From Octopus vulgaris (lineage: Eukaryota), in contig OX597836.1 in assembly GCA_951406725.2 (NCBI GenBank), positions 20,150,001 to 20,214,000 on the forward strand: a stretch of 64,000 bases of DNA. Direction: 5' to 3'. The translations under genes and the position numbers were made by a program. Shown in pieces: positions 37,258 to 49,129 of this stretch (position 1 is its first letter; each line of letters begins with the position of its first letter). The notes under the pieces were generated by a model. It was not told the origin of the DNA, searched no databases, and saw nothing but the letters and a program-made list of their open reading frames with translations.

Positions 37258-37620
37258 CTAGCACTATGACCCAGCAACGCCGGGTCATAATGCTAGTGAA
37301 TGCATATACAACTGCGTGTGTGCACACATACACGCGAGTACTGTCCAAATCTCCGACCAATCACATACAGCTAGCTGGCATTCAATTGGCGTATCAAGTT
37401 TCGGGCATTTTGATTGGGTTTTGGATAGAAAATTCACAAAAAAAGTCACTTCTATTGATTTTTTAATGGCTTTGCGGGATGACTGGGGAAATGTAAAGAT
37501 GTGCACGGCCACCCTTGGACGGTTTTGAATGACCATAGAAAGTGCGAGCCCTCTAACTGAAAAATTGTGGATTTTTATAAAGGACACGCAGATAGACATT
37601 TTGCCGTTTATATATAGAGA
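37258..37620 (-). mobile_element. Non-autonomous Helitron
   Basis: The minus strand starts TCtctatatataaacggc and ends with hairpin tatgacccggc-gtt-gctgggtcata followed by gtgCTAG. It sits between A and T with no TSD. Confidence 0.78.
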
Positions 37621-38854
37621 TATATATATATATAGAGAGATATAGAGATGTAGTTTTGAGTGGACATATGTTGGATTTTCTTGTGACCCACCAGTCTAGT
37701 TTGCTGATGGTCACAAGTAACGCTGTCCTGTTTTGAATCTTCTGAATATGTAGATTAGTAATAGGCAACCTATAGCTGATGGAACTTTCTGAATGGTACT
37801 CCTTACAGAAAATTACCTTAAATTTTTTTTTCAGAAGTGCAGCCTGCCTGACGATGAGCCATGTCTCATGCAGGCTGCTTTTTGAGAAAGGGTTACCCAT
37901 GCCTGGTTTAGATATTGGTGGCTGTTACGGTTGCAGTGAGTTTTGAGAAATTTCTAGATTATTTTGTTCATGTTTATCACCTAACTATGGCTGCTATTAT
38001 CACTGGGAATGTAAAACATAAAGACATGATGCAGGTGAAGTGTTAAGAGAATTGGACCATAGCACTTCAGTATCAGCCGAAGAATTAGAACATGACTTTA
38101 TGATAGAAATGCAAGAACTAGTGACCTTTCATTTGATACATGAAAATCAATAGAGGGGAGAGTTGAAACATATAAAAGGTCTTCACTTCAATGATTTATT
38201 CAAGGGCATAGCCAAAACTAATGTCTTAGGAGTAGTGGTCTGGTAGCTTCAATTCTTTCAACCTGACATAACCTGAATGTCAGATTGTGTCCCACCAGTA
38301 ATAATCATACAACACAACTCAAGCCTTTTATACAGCTGTCAACAGTAAAACAGCCAATTATCCTAGCAAACCTGCTTCTTCAGAATTTTCTGATTACTTC
38401 TATAGGTCCATTTTGGGAGTGGTAAATACAGCAAGATACTGTTTTTAAGAGCAGAATATGTATCTGTAGGTGTTTAATTAAAAGTTTCAATCAATTTATA
38501 ATGCTTTGGAAATACAAGAGGTGCATAATTAGTGTATCAAAGATATTTCACTGATCACCATGAGTCTGATAGTAGTTCCAATATTCTTAATATGTTTTTT
38601 CAAAGCCCTTGGAAACTGCTCCTAATGCTCCAATTACCACCTGTATCACCATTACTTTCCTCATGCCCCATAATTTTCCTATCTCTCGCAGTGGCTGGTA
38701 TTTCTCAATCTTTGCCTCATAACTTTCCTATCTCGTCCCACAGTGGCTGGTTCTCTCGTCCCGCATTATTAATATTTACCAGTGAAACACTTGGGTCGAT
38801 GTAATTTATTAGTCCCCGCTCCCCCAAATTTCAGGCCTTGTGCCTATAGAAGAA

Positions 38855-39128
38855 AAAATGGATAATTTAGCAAAGGCCTGGAACCAAGTGTGCCAGAAAA
38901 TCGGTGGTCTACTATAGGTTGTTGCTTGTGATTGATATGTGTTAAATAATATGAAAATGGTTTAAAAAAATGAAATAGTACTGTGCTGAATTTATCACCA
39001 TCACCCTCATCATCATCATCATTATTATTATTATTAATAGCAACTGTCTTCATTGTCGTTATCACCATAACAATCCTTGTAAACACCACTTTTTCATTAT
39101 CATTATCATGTCTGAAAAATGCTAAACC
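38855..39128. repeat. ~260-270 bp direct duplication, copy 1
   Basis: aaaatggataattta..aaggcctggaaccaag...catgtctgaaaaatgctaaacc also occurs at 44620-44875. Confidence 0.9.
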
Positions 39129-39180
39129 TACCTGTTCTAGTTATCATCATTCATATAGGTCATAATCTATTGACATATAT

Positions 39181-39476
39181 ATCATCATCATCATCATTTA
39201 GCGTCTGCTTTCCATGCTAGCTTGGGTTGGATGGTTCAACTGGGGTCTGGGAGGCCAGAAGGCTGCACCAGGCCCAGTCTGATCTGGCAATGTTTCTACG
39301 GCTGAATGCCCTTCCTAACGCCAACCACTCCGTGAGTGTACCGGGTGCTTTTTACGTGCCAGACGGGGCTGGCAAGACCACGGTCGGATGGTGCTTTTTA
39401 CGTGCCACCGGCACGGGGGCCAGGCAAGGCTGGCAACGGCCACGATCGGATGGTGCTTTTTATGTGCTACCGGCAC
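39181..39476 (-). mobile_element. SINE-like family M with ~2 internal repeat units
   Basis: (cat)n tail, gcccttcctaacgccaacc core and repeated cggatggtgcttttta units. Confidence 0.85.
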
Positions 39477-40685
39477 TTCCATGATATTTGGCAATATAGG
39501 ATGATGACTTAATCTTCATTTCATTGAGAATTTGTTATAATCATTAGCATTTATTTGCCACCTTCAATTCCACACATGGCTATATTTGTATAAGCTTTGT
39601 ATGTATGTATGTATGTATGTATGTATGTATGTATGTATGTGTGTGTGTGTGTGTGTGTGCCATCATTTAGCATTCCCTTTTCCATGCTGGCTTGGTTGGA
39701 TAGTTTTACATGAACTTACAAACCGAGCTGCAGTCTCTGTTTTTATATGGTTTCTACAGTTGGATGCCCTTCCTAACATACACATATACATGCACAAATA
39801 TGCACAAGTCCTTGAGCATATACACACACACACACACACACACACATGCACACACCCATGGTCATCTTCATGCATTTTTTATTTGTCAATAAAAAAAACA
39901 CAATTAGAAAAAGTAGCTTTCAATATTTATTCAGTTTGGTTGGTTTGATTAAACAAGGTGAGCCAAAGGTTACTAAGGGGTTTTAATATTTAATGACTCA
40001 TATTTTTTCGTTTTAAATTTACAACACCACATCATATATAGTACACACACACACACAGCATATAATATGGAATTAAATGTAGGCTAAGTGTAAAAAAAAA
40101 TGTAAATAAAAATACAAAAAGAAAGTAATTTAAAAAGAATTTATTAAAATTTTAGACTCCTTTGTGGCTTTTGGCCCACTCTATAAGATCAAAAATATCT
40201 CTAAGTTCTCATTTAAGTATGGGTACAAGAATGGCTGTGGGGTCAAAATTTCACTTTGCAACCACTTGGTCTTGGGTTTGCGTCCACTGTGTGGCACCAT
40301 TGGGTAGGTGTCTTTTAGCATAGTTTTTGTTGACCAATTCTTTGTGAGTGGAATTTGGTTGACAAGAAGTTCTGCAGAGGCCTATGAAACTAATATATAA
40401 GGCAAAAAAATTTTAAAGTCTGTCTTGATCCAACAGACTCATTAGGCCAGAGCTTGTTTGAGCTTTTGCAGTGTTTAAGCTATGGAGACTGCAAGACCCT
40501 CCACAAGGTAGCACACCAGCCTGTTGCAAGGTTAGCCCTCCTCCTACTGCTACTGATATGCCATTTCCAGCTGAGTGAACTGGAACGACATGAAATAAAG
40601 TGCCTAGCTTAAGGACTCCGCATTCCACTGTCTGAGAATTGATCGCACAACCTTACAGTTGTGAAATTAACACCCTAAGGACCAG

Positions 40686-40688
<3 letters not shown>

Positions 40689-40718
<30 letters not shown>

Positions 40719-40753
40719 CTGTCTGTCTGTGTGTGTCTGTCTGTCTGTCTGTC

Positions 40754-40808
<55 letters not shown>

Positions 40809-40839
40809 GTCTCTCTGCCTGTCTCTCTCTGTCTGTCTC

Positions 40840-40891
<52 letters not shown>
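40689..40891. repeat. Compound (GT)n(CTGT)n(CT)n microsatellite
   Basis: Visible directly. Confidence 0.95.
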
Positions 40892-40894
<3 letters not shown>

Positions 40895-42615
40895 GCATGT
40901 CAGCAAATGATATAAACACCTGCAAGAAACCTTTAGAGACGAAATTCCTGTATCAAGTTAATGGCATCTCTGTCAGCGATGCTGTCAGAAATGTGGAGCA
41001 GACCAGTGATTGGTCTGTTGGATTTCTGAAATCAACACTGGGCAAATATGGAATAGAAATATTTGCCGAGAGAGAGTGTTTAAAAGTTTGTACTCTGAAT
41101 GATTAATTAGTTATATGTTTGTTTATTTAATTAATTTAAATGTCTGTGTAAAGCTGGTAAAGTATGACATACTGAAGAAGAGACATATCATGTGTATATA
41201 TATATATATATATATATAAACAAACTTTTGTTTTTATTAGAAGCATTTGAATGTGTATGATACAAACAAGAAGGTGATATTTTTTCAAATGTAACATTGC
41301 TGTTAGAACAGCAGAAATAATGAGTAAATTATCCATACAGGGCAATGTTATGTTTGAAAATATATATATATATATATATATATATCAGATGTTGTTACAC
41401 ATCACTTGTCACAATGCGCTTCACATTGTTTTAGCCTTCAAATGACGCCACCCTGCTGGCTAAGCAAGCAGGCCAACAGAAGAAAGAGTGAGAGAAAGTT
41501 GTGGCGAAAGAGTACAGCAGGGATCGCCACCACCCCCTGCCGGAACCTCGTGGAGCTTTAGGTGTTTTTGCTCAATAAACACTTGCAACGCCCGGTCTGG
41601 GAATCGAAACATATATATATATATATATATATATATAACATTTATATGAAATAATAATAACAACAACAATAATAATAATCATCTGAGTGTTCACTTTTCT
41701 TTGCCTGCATGGGCCAGACAGCATCATCTTTTGAGGTAGATTTTTTATGGTTGGCTGCCTTTACGTTGCCATTTGTTACCTGTTTATAGGCAAGGTAATA
41801 TTACCCCCATAGCTAAGCATGTTTTTCACTGGAAACTGGAAATGAATGACATTGCTTGTATAACAGTGTACTTATTTACAACTATCATGTAATGTGAAGA
41901 CCAAGAGACATTTCCCTGATACACAAAATTAGACAATAGGTTTATTTCAGTTTCTGTCTATCAGATCTACTCACAAGGCTTTGGTCAGCTCGAGGCTTAT
42001 AGAAGACAGCACCTGTGGTACCTCTGTTCAGTGGAACTGAACCTGATAGCAGATGGTTGAGAAGCAAGTTTCTTAACCACACAGCCATATACAAAAGAAT
42101 TAACTAAAATAAAAACATAAAATCTAAGAAAAAGAAAGGAGCCATTGATTCATATGGTAAATACAATATACTGACAGTTGGATTTTAGCCAAACCATCTA
42201 GCAAAGGAGTAGTCATCATTGATGAGCATTGGTGTGTGTGGAAATGAAGCCTTACGGCAAGGATACAAGATTTCACAGGCACAGGGTGGAATATAGATGT
42301 TACACGGATGATGGCCGAATCAAGAAAGAATGATCAGGCTTGGCCGAACACCGGTCACGTGGGGAGAGAAGAGAGTGAGGTAGAAGCAGAGGGACAGAAG
42401 AATTAAGGAGGGTGGAGAAAAAATGTCAGGGACACAGTGAAGTGAAAAGGGGAGGGAAAGTGAGCAAGAAGAGAAGGTAGGGGAATGTGAAAGAGGGGGA
42501 ACGACAAAATGAAGAGTGGAATGAACGAATAACCGTGAAAGGGCTGATAGAAAGAAAGAATAGAGTTGTACAAGATTTAGATAAATATATACTTACATAT
42601 AAGAGACATACGCCG

Positions 42616-42653
<38 letters not shown>

Positions 42654-42656
<3 letters not shown>

Positions 42657-42889
42657 TAAAAACGGTAAGATAACAAAAGAAAGAAAGAGACCTCAATATT
42701 ATGTAAATAGAGGAAATTTATCTGTAAAATAATATGTGACAATTATTCAATAGCCAAGATAAAACTCTGAGTTTCGGATGCCGAGGTGGAAATCCACAAC
42801 ACCAGATAACCGAAGAGATGGTGTTGTGGATTTCCACTCAGAGTTTTATCTTGGCTATTGAATAATTGTCACATATTATTTTACAGATA
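42654..42889. mobile_element. HH-B element in (TA)n with a near-perfect 171-bp fold-back and a split hammerhead-like motif
   Basis: 42719-42772 is the exact reverse complement of 42836-42889, and 42786-42804 of 42819-42837. The loop is gataaccgaagaga. Confidence 0.8.
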
Positions 42890-43195
42890 TATATATATAT
42901 ATATAATACAAAATGGGACAAGAGCGCAAAACATCCAGACACTTAGGTGATACAAAAAAGGGACAAACAGATATAAGTTATTTAGTTCATCAAGCATAAT
43001 TAGTAATGACCCAAGAGTAACACTTTGTTTTATTCCATGGGGCAGTAATTTTTGTGTATATGGAGGTGATTTGAACCATTGCAATGAGCTGAAGCATTCT
43101 GGTAGGCCAAGACATTTTTAAGAACTCAGATAAAAAAATGTTAGTGATTCATGCAATTAAAAGCATTTATATTACTGTGTCTTCGAGCAAAGCTC

Positions 43196-43232
<37 letters not shown>

Positions 43233-43869
43233 AAGAAAGAAAGAAAGAAAGAGAGCGCTGTAAATAAATTAAACAGGTTTAGTTCACATGTTAAGATTGA
43301 CCTTATTTTTTGTTTGTTTGTTTTTTTGTGTCCCACTATGATATGGGTTAATACTACTCCCTTATATCTGCATCCTTACAAATGGTTGGTTCTTTAGGCG
43401 TCAGTCATCCAAAGACACTAAAAATTGGTGGTGGTAGGGAGAGGAGTTAAAGAATTATATTTTTTAGGTCATGTTCTTTTGTATTATTGATTTCTTTTAA
43501 TTAACTAAATGACATAGCTTCACATTATTATAATTATTACTCAGCGGAATCATTATAGCATTGGAGTAAATGCTGTGTTATCTGTTCCAGCTTTTCGTCT
43601 TGCATCTTTTCAGGGTCATTATTTCAAGTACCCACCAAATACTGGGGTCAAAGTAATTGATTATATACCACCCCTCACCTCCAGTTTCTTGCTTTGTGTC
43701 TCTTTTAGAAATTAAGGTGGTACATTGGTAGAATTGCTCTGTTATAAGCCTTTGAATTAGGCCTCCAGTTTGATGATAGCTTCATCTTTCCTTCCACAGC
43801 CACCCCCAGTAGTCTCAGAAACCTTGTAAAATAGTCATGGGCCAAAAAAAAAAAAAAAAAAAAATCAAG

Positions 43870-44260
43870 ATGTCGCTGTGACAGTGTGGTAAGAAGCTTG
43901 CTTCCCATCTACGTGATTCCGGGTTCAGTCACAGTGTGTGGCACCTTGGGCAAGTGTCTTCTACTTTAGCTTCAGGCTGACCAAAGCCTCGTGGGTGGAT
44001 TTGGTAGGCAGAAACTGAAAGAAGCTCGTCGTGTGTGTGTATGTGTCTTTGTGTCTTTGTTTGTCCCCAGCATCACTGCTTCACAACCAGTGTTGGTGTG
44101 TTTACATCTCGTACCTTAGTGGTTTGACAAAAGTGACTGATAGAATAAGTATTAAGCTTTAAAAAAATTAGTCCTGTGGGTCGATTTGTTCGATTAAAAC
44201 CCTTCAAGGCAGTGCTCCAGCATGGCTGCAGTCAAAATGACTGAAGCAAGAATAAAAGAA
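43870..44260 (+). mobile_element. SINE family A, diverged copy
   Basis: gtgtggtaagaagcttgcttccc...gcagtcaaaatgactgaagcaag. Confidence 0.8.
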
Positions 44261-44619
44261 TTAGAGGGGATCCCCAAAATGGTAAGGTAGGTAAGGAGAA
44301 CCTACAGATGGCTTTGGGGCACCACCACCCTCGATCCACAGTCCTAGCAGAATTTGATGTCCTTTCACCTAGTTATTACTGCCAGTCTGCAATCATTTTA
44401 ACTACAGACCAACCAATTTCACTACTCTCAGCCACCTTTCCACTCTCTAACCTTCCTCTTTAAGTGCTACTTGAAGAAGTTGATAGGGTTCGGCCTGACA
44501 GGAAAAGCTCTGTACCCAAACTGTTCTCCCATGTCCACCACACAACTTCCTTCATAAGTCATTCCCCAAGTAGAGGAAGACTTCTTGATCTACTATTATG
44601 AGATCTCTGTTAGCCTGAC

Positions 44620-44875
44620 AAAATGGATAATTTATCAAAGGCCTGGAACCAAGAGTGCCAGTAAATCGGTGGTGTACTATAGGTTGTTGTTTGTGATTGA
44701 TATGTGTTAAATAATATGAAAATGGTTTTAAAAAATGAAATAGTGCTGTGCTGAATTTATCACCATCATCATCATCATTATTAATAGCAACTGTCTTCAT
44801 TGTCGTTATCACCATAACAATCTTTGTAAATACCACTTTTTCATTATCATTATCATGTCTGAAAAATGCTAAACC
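44620..44875. repeat. ~260 bp direct duplication, copy 2
   Basis: See 38855-39128. Confidence 0.9.
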
Positions 44876-46638
44876 AGTTAATGTTCTTATCGCAAAATGA
44901 AGATAGTGGACCCGATCTTTGCTATAGACTCAGCCAATAGCTGAATGCATCCTTCTTTGATAACAACTGCTTCACATAAACCCAGAAATTGGTCCTTCGT
45001 GGTCATTATATGCAATGATTTTTGACACTGATACACGACCAAAAATTCAGTGCTGGTGGGATGGACAAGTATAGTTGACTTAATAAACAATCATTCCCCC
45101 AGTACTTGACTGGTATTTATTTTCATAGCCTCCCCTGCAGGAACAAAAGTTGACCTTAGTGAAATTTGAACTAAAATAATGATAATAATAATATTTTCCT
45201 CTGTTAACCACTGAGGGATCACATAAAAACATGGGGACGGTACTGGACAATACAATACAAATAAAGCAAGACTGAAATGTATAAACAAAAGAATAACAAT
45301 AAAAATTCTTATAGTTAAAATCCTCAAAAAGGGAGACCTCCAAAAGGCCCATGGAATCCCCACAAACCATGGTCACCCTGACCTTAAGGGCAAGTGTTCT
45401 CTCCTCTTCATTTATCCTCAGTCTAGAAGCACATGCTTAGAGTAGGCTCTCCCACTTGGTTCATTCACACTACATTCACCCACCTTTTAACAAAATTGCT
45501 GCAAGGCAGTACTTCCCTCTCTGCACTTCATAAGGGCTTGGCCAAAGAGGAAATGATAATAATAATAATTATTTAGTGTCCTCTTTTCCCTGCTTGCATG
45601 GGTTGGATTGAGTTTGGATTATTTTCATCATCAGCTTCATCACCACCATCACCATCTTTCTCCCTGTATTCAAATGATGGCATGGGTTGGATGGGTCTGC
45701 TGCACAGTATATACCATTACTTATTTTCATCTCAGAAAAATAATAATCCTTTCCCTGGTCATCATCCAGTTTGAACCCATCACTATCCTTATGTCTTCTA
45801 ATAACCTTCAGATTAAAATATAGTCCACCATCCCTAATTTAACACCATTATGTAGTCCTTGGGGGCTTTTGTTAGGCTTCACACTGTTGCAAGCATTTTG
45901 ACCAGAACCTCTGGAGTTTTCCATATTTGTGCATTTCCTGAAGATGTTCAAGCTGAACATTGGAACTAAGTACTGACTCAACCAGTGTAAGAAAGAAACT
46001 GCAAAAATCAAAACACTGCCCCTTCCCACCACCATCGCTTTTCACTAATAAATTTACTGAAAAATACACCCCCTCCCACCTAAAAAACAACTTGTACTGT
46101 CAGTACACAGTACAGTATTAATCAGCAACCATCCACAACACATCATGCATTCATAACAGTGCAAATAACCCTTCCCATTACAGGCCAGTTGATTATCCAA
46201 CTGCTCCTGTCTTCATTCACCTTTAAGTCTTCTATCTGACTTGTTATTTAACAAGGCATATTCTAGCTGACTCATTTACCTGACTCATTTCTCTCCAGCT
46301 TCCATAGATCCTAACATTCATTACCATATGTGTCACTGTTGCACTATTGAACTACCATTCATTCACACAATGCATCCTTCATACAATCTGTCTTATAAAA
46401 CCCCTCTTTCTGCAGAAATCAGATATATCCACTCAAAATTTTGTTACCCTTTACTGTGGAAAGCTGTTTTATGCACCAATCTATCATTTGTTGAGGAATG
46501 TTATGTTTGAAATGATTTTTTGTTGAGATATATCAAGTTTATTGAAGCAACATGACTTGCAGAAAATACCAATTCTATTTTTGGTTGATATTTAACATCA
46601 ATTACTGGAATAATCATGTGGTTTAATTTTGCCGTTGC

Positions 46639-46862
46639 GGAGGTGCGTGGCTTAGTGGTTAGAGTGTCAGCATCATGATTGTAAGATTGTGGTTTCGATT
46701 CCTGGACCAGGCGACGCGTCATGTTCTTGAGCAAAACACTTCATTTCACCTTGCTCCAGTCCACTCAACTGGCAAAAATGAGTAACACTGTGATGGACTG
46801 GCATCCCATCCAGCTGGGGAACACATACGCCATAGAAACCGTGAACCTGGCTAGACTTTAAA
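46639..46862 (+). mobile_element. tRNA-headed SINE family V (V-domain-like core)
   Basis: ggaggtgcgTGGCTTAGTGGttag..GTTTCGATTCC; gtgatggactggcatcccatccag resembles the V-SINE central domain. Confidence 0.75.
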
Positions 46863-46907
46863 AAGGGGGCATTTTTTTTAATTTTAATTTTGTTGTTAAA
46901 GAGTTAA

Positions 46908-47255
46908 CCCTTCTGGTAACAACTCACCTGAAACTGTCTCATTGTTCTGTGATACAAATTCTCTCTTTTTAAAGTTATCTAAATGAAACTCGGCCATCAA
47001 AATTTCAAGTTAATTTATGTTCCAAACACTAGTTTAATAATGAAGAATTAAATTCTTCATTAATTTCAAAATTAACTGAAATGAAGTTCCAGTTAATTCT
47101 TAAAAGCAGGAAAAATTTAGTAAAGTAACTCAGTCATTATTAAGCTTGTGTTTGGAATGTAACTTTTTGATGGAAGAGGATAAATTAAATGACTTCAAAA
47201 TAAGAAAAAAATATATATTACAGAACCAGGGGACAGTTTGTATCAAAAATATTAA
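46908..47255. mobile_element. Two partial P2 MITE copies joined in opposite orientation
   Basis: TTAA|cccttctggtaac..ccatcaaaatttca..ttccaaacactagtttaataatga, then the reverse tcattattaagcttgtgtttggaa..tttgatggaag. Confidence 0.65.
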
Positions 47256-48175
47256 GCACCATTGCCTGGCACCATGAGCTGCATGCATTCAGGCCAGGTC
47301 TCCAGTTTATGAACACATTCCCCACCTCTTTCAAAGAAAGAAAAATTATTAAAAAAACCAAAAAAAACCCCCCCAAAAAAACCCCAGTCATCTGAACTGT
47401 GCCCTGACTTCTCTTTTAGTACATTTGATCATATTACAATTTCTTGTACCCTGTTAATCTGCCACAGATTCCCCATCCTACCCATTCCCCACTTTTGTAT
47501 TCCCATTGTTTTGCACCAAGTTACACTCCTTACCAAGTTCCAGCCCATTCTTTCCTTCTTTTCTCTCCCCACATATAGAGCAAGGTCACACCCTTGATGG
47601 GATGGGGCCACACTTTTATTAATTAGTATTTTTTTTTTGTCTCAACTATGTGAACCTTTGAGGTTTTGAATTTTATTTATTTTTTTCTTCATCACTTTAA
47701 TAAAAAAGAAAACTAGGTTGTCAAAATAAGAGCCACACCCCATGTATTCATATTATCATATATACCATCATGTGATTGTGTGTGTGTATATACATATGAA
47801 CATAAATAGGGAGAGATATTTAACTGCACCTGTGTGTGTGTGTGTGTCTCTGAATGTATGTATGTATGCGTGTATCTAGGTAGATAGATAATACTTGCTG
47901 GCATTAGTTGTTCAGGTTGCCATTATCTGAGTCTTCTTATTTTGAGCTCCTGCCCACAAAGGCTGATCAGTGAACCACATTTTGCCTCTGTGATCCTTTC
48001 TTGACTCGATTTCTATGCTGGACGTCCTTCCTAACACCAGTCACTGGGTAGAATGTACTGGGTGTGTTTTACTTATAGCACGAACATTCGCTGTTACCAC
48101 ACCCTCACCCAGACTCAGGTCCTCCAGACTGTACTTGATCTGTTTGACTTCCATCTACATTACAGAGTATACTCA

Positions 48176-48358
48176 CGTCTGGCACCTGTGTCGGTGGCAC
48201 GTAAAAAGCACCCACTACACTCACGGAGTGGTTGGCATTAGAAAGGGCATCCAGCTGACTGGGTCTGGTGCAGCCTTCGGGCTTCCCAGACTCCAGTTGA
48301 ACCGTCCAACCCATGCTAGCATGGAAAGCGGACGTTAAGCAATGATGATGATGATGAT
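48176..48358 (+). mobile_element. SINE-like family M, internally deleted
   Basis: cgtctggcacctgtgtcggtggcacgtaaaaagcaccc..gggcatccagctg..gatgatgatg. Confidence 0.82.
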
Positions 48359-48895
48359 CATCATCATCCCTGTTTTAATGTCCACTTTTGCATGCTAACA
48401 TGGGTTAAACGGAATTCACTGAGGAAGAATTTCAGTGGCCACATGTCCATCTTTTCCCTGTCCTTCACCTGTTTCCAAGTAAGATAATGTCACCCCATGG
48501 ACCAGATGATATATTTTCACAGAAATGAACAAAGGACACCACTTGCATGATGGTGTAAATGAATGCTTCCAAACATTCATTTACAACTATTACATGATAT
48601 CATGTAAAGGCACACACACACAATGGGCTTCTTTCAGGCTTTGATCAGCCTGGAGCGATTGTAGAAGACACTTGTCCAAGGTGCCTCCTTATAGTTGGGA
48701 CTGAACCAGGAATGATGTGGTTGTGAAGAAAACTTCTTACAACACAGCAGCACCTGTGCCATTGTCAGATTTCTCTCGTAATTTACATTATATACTAATA
48801 TTGAATATATTGGTCGTTAATTCTATAAACTGCCTATAACATATTCAGACATATGTCATTGTCTATATTGCCAATTATTAAATTTACATTTCATC

Positions 48896-48941
<46 letters not shown>

Positions 48942-49129
48942 AGAGTGTGAGTGAGATAATTTCAGATTAGATATATCCTCATCACTTCTTCATACCAGAT
49001 TAATTCACATTATTACATTCCATATTGTATCTCACAATAGATTAATCCATGCTTCATTGTATGTATGAATGCATGCATGCAGTATATGTATGTATGTATG
49101 TAGTGTGTGTGTGTGTTTAACATTGAAAC

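Noticed and set aside
37835-37941. Possible exon (tttttcAG..CA|GTGAGT, KCSLPDDEPCLMQ..)
   Set aside because: Splicing from the LDLa exon would create T|AA, a stop. The GCAGCCTGC/GCAGGCTGC inverted repeat and the gggttacccatgcctg end look more like a decayed hAT-type MITE.
44470-44615. Possible L1/Tx1 ORF2 C-terminal remnant (MKEVVWWT), with a similar suspicion at 25130-25330
   Set aside because: Too short and decayed to support by eye; needs BLASTx.
38855-44875. LTR retrotransposon bounded by the 260-bp direct repeats
   Set aside because: No TG..CA termini, TSD, PBS/PPT or gag/pol remnants.
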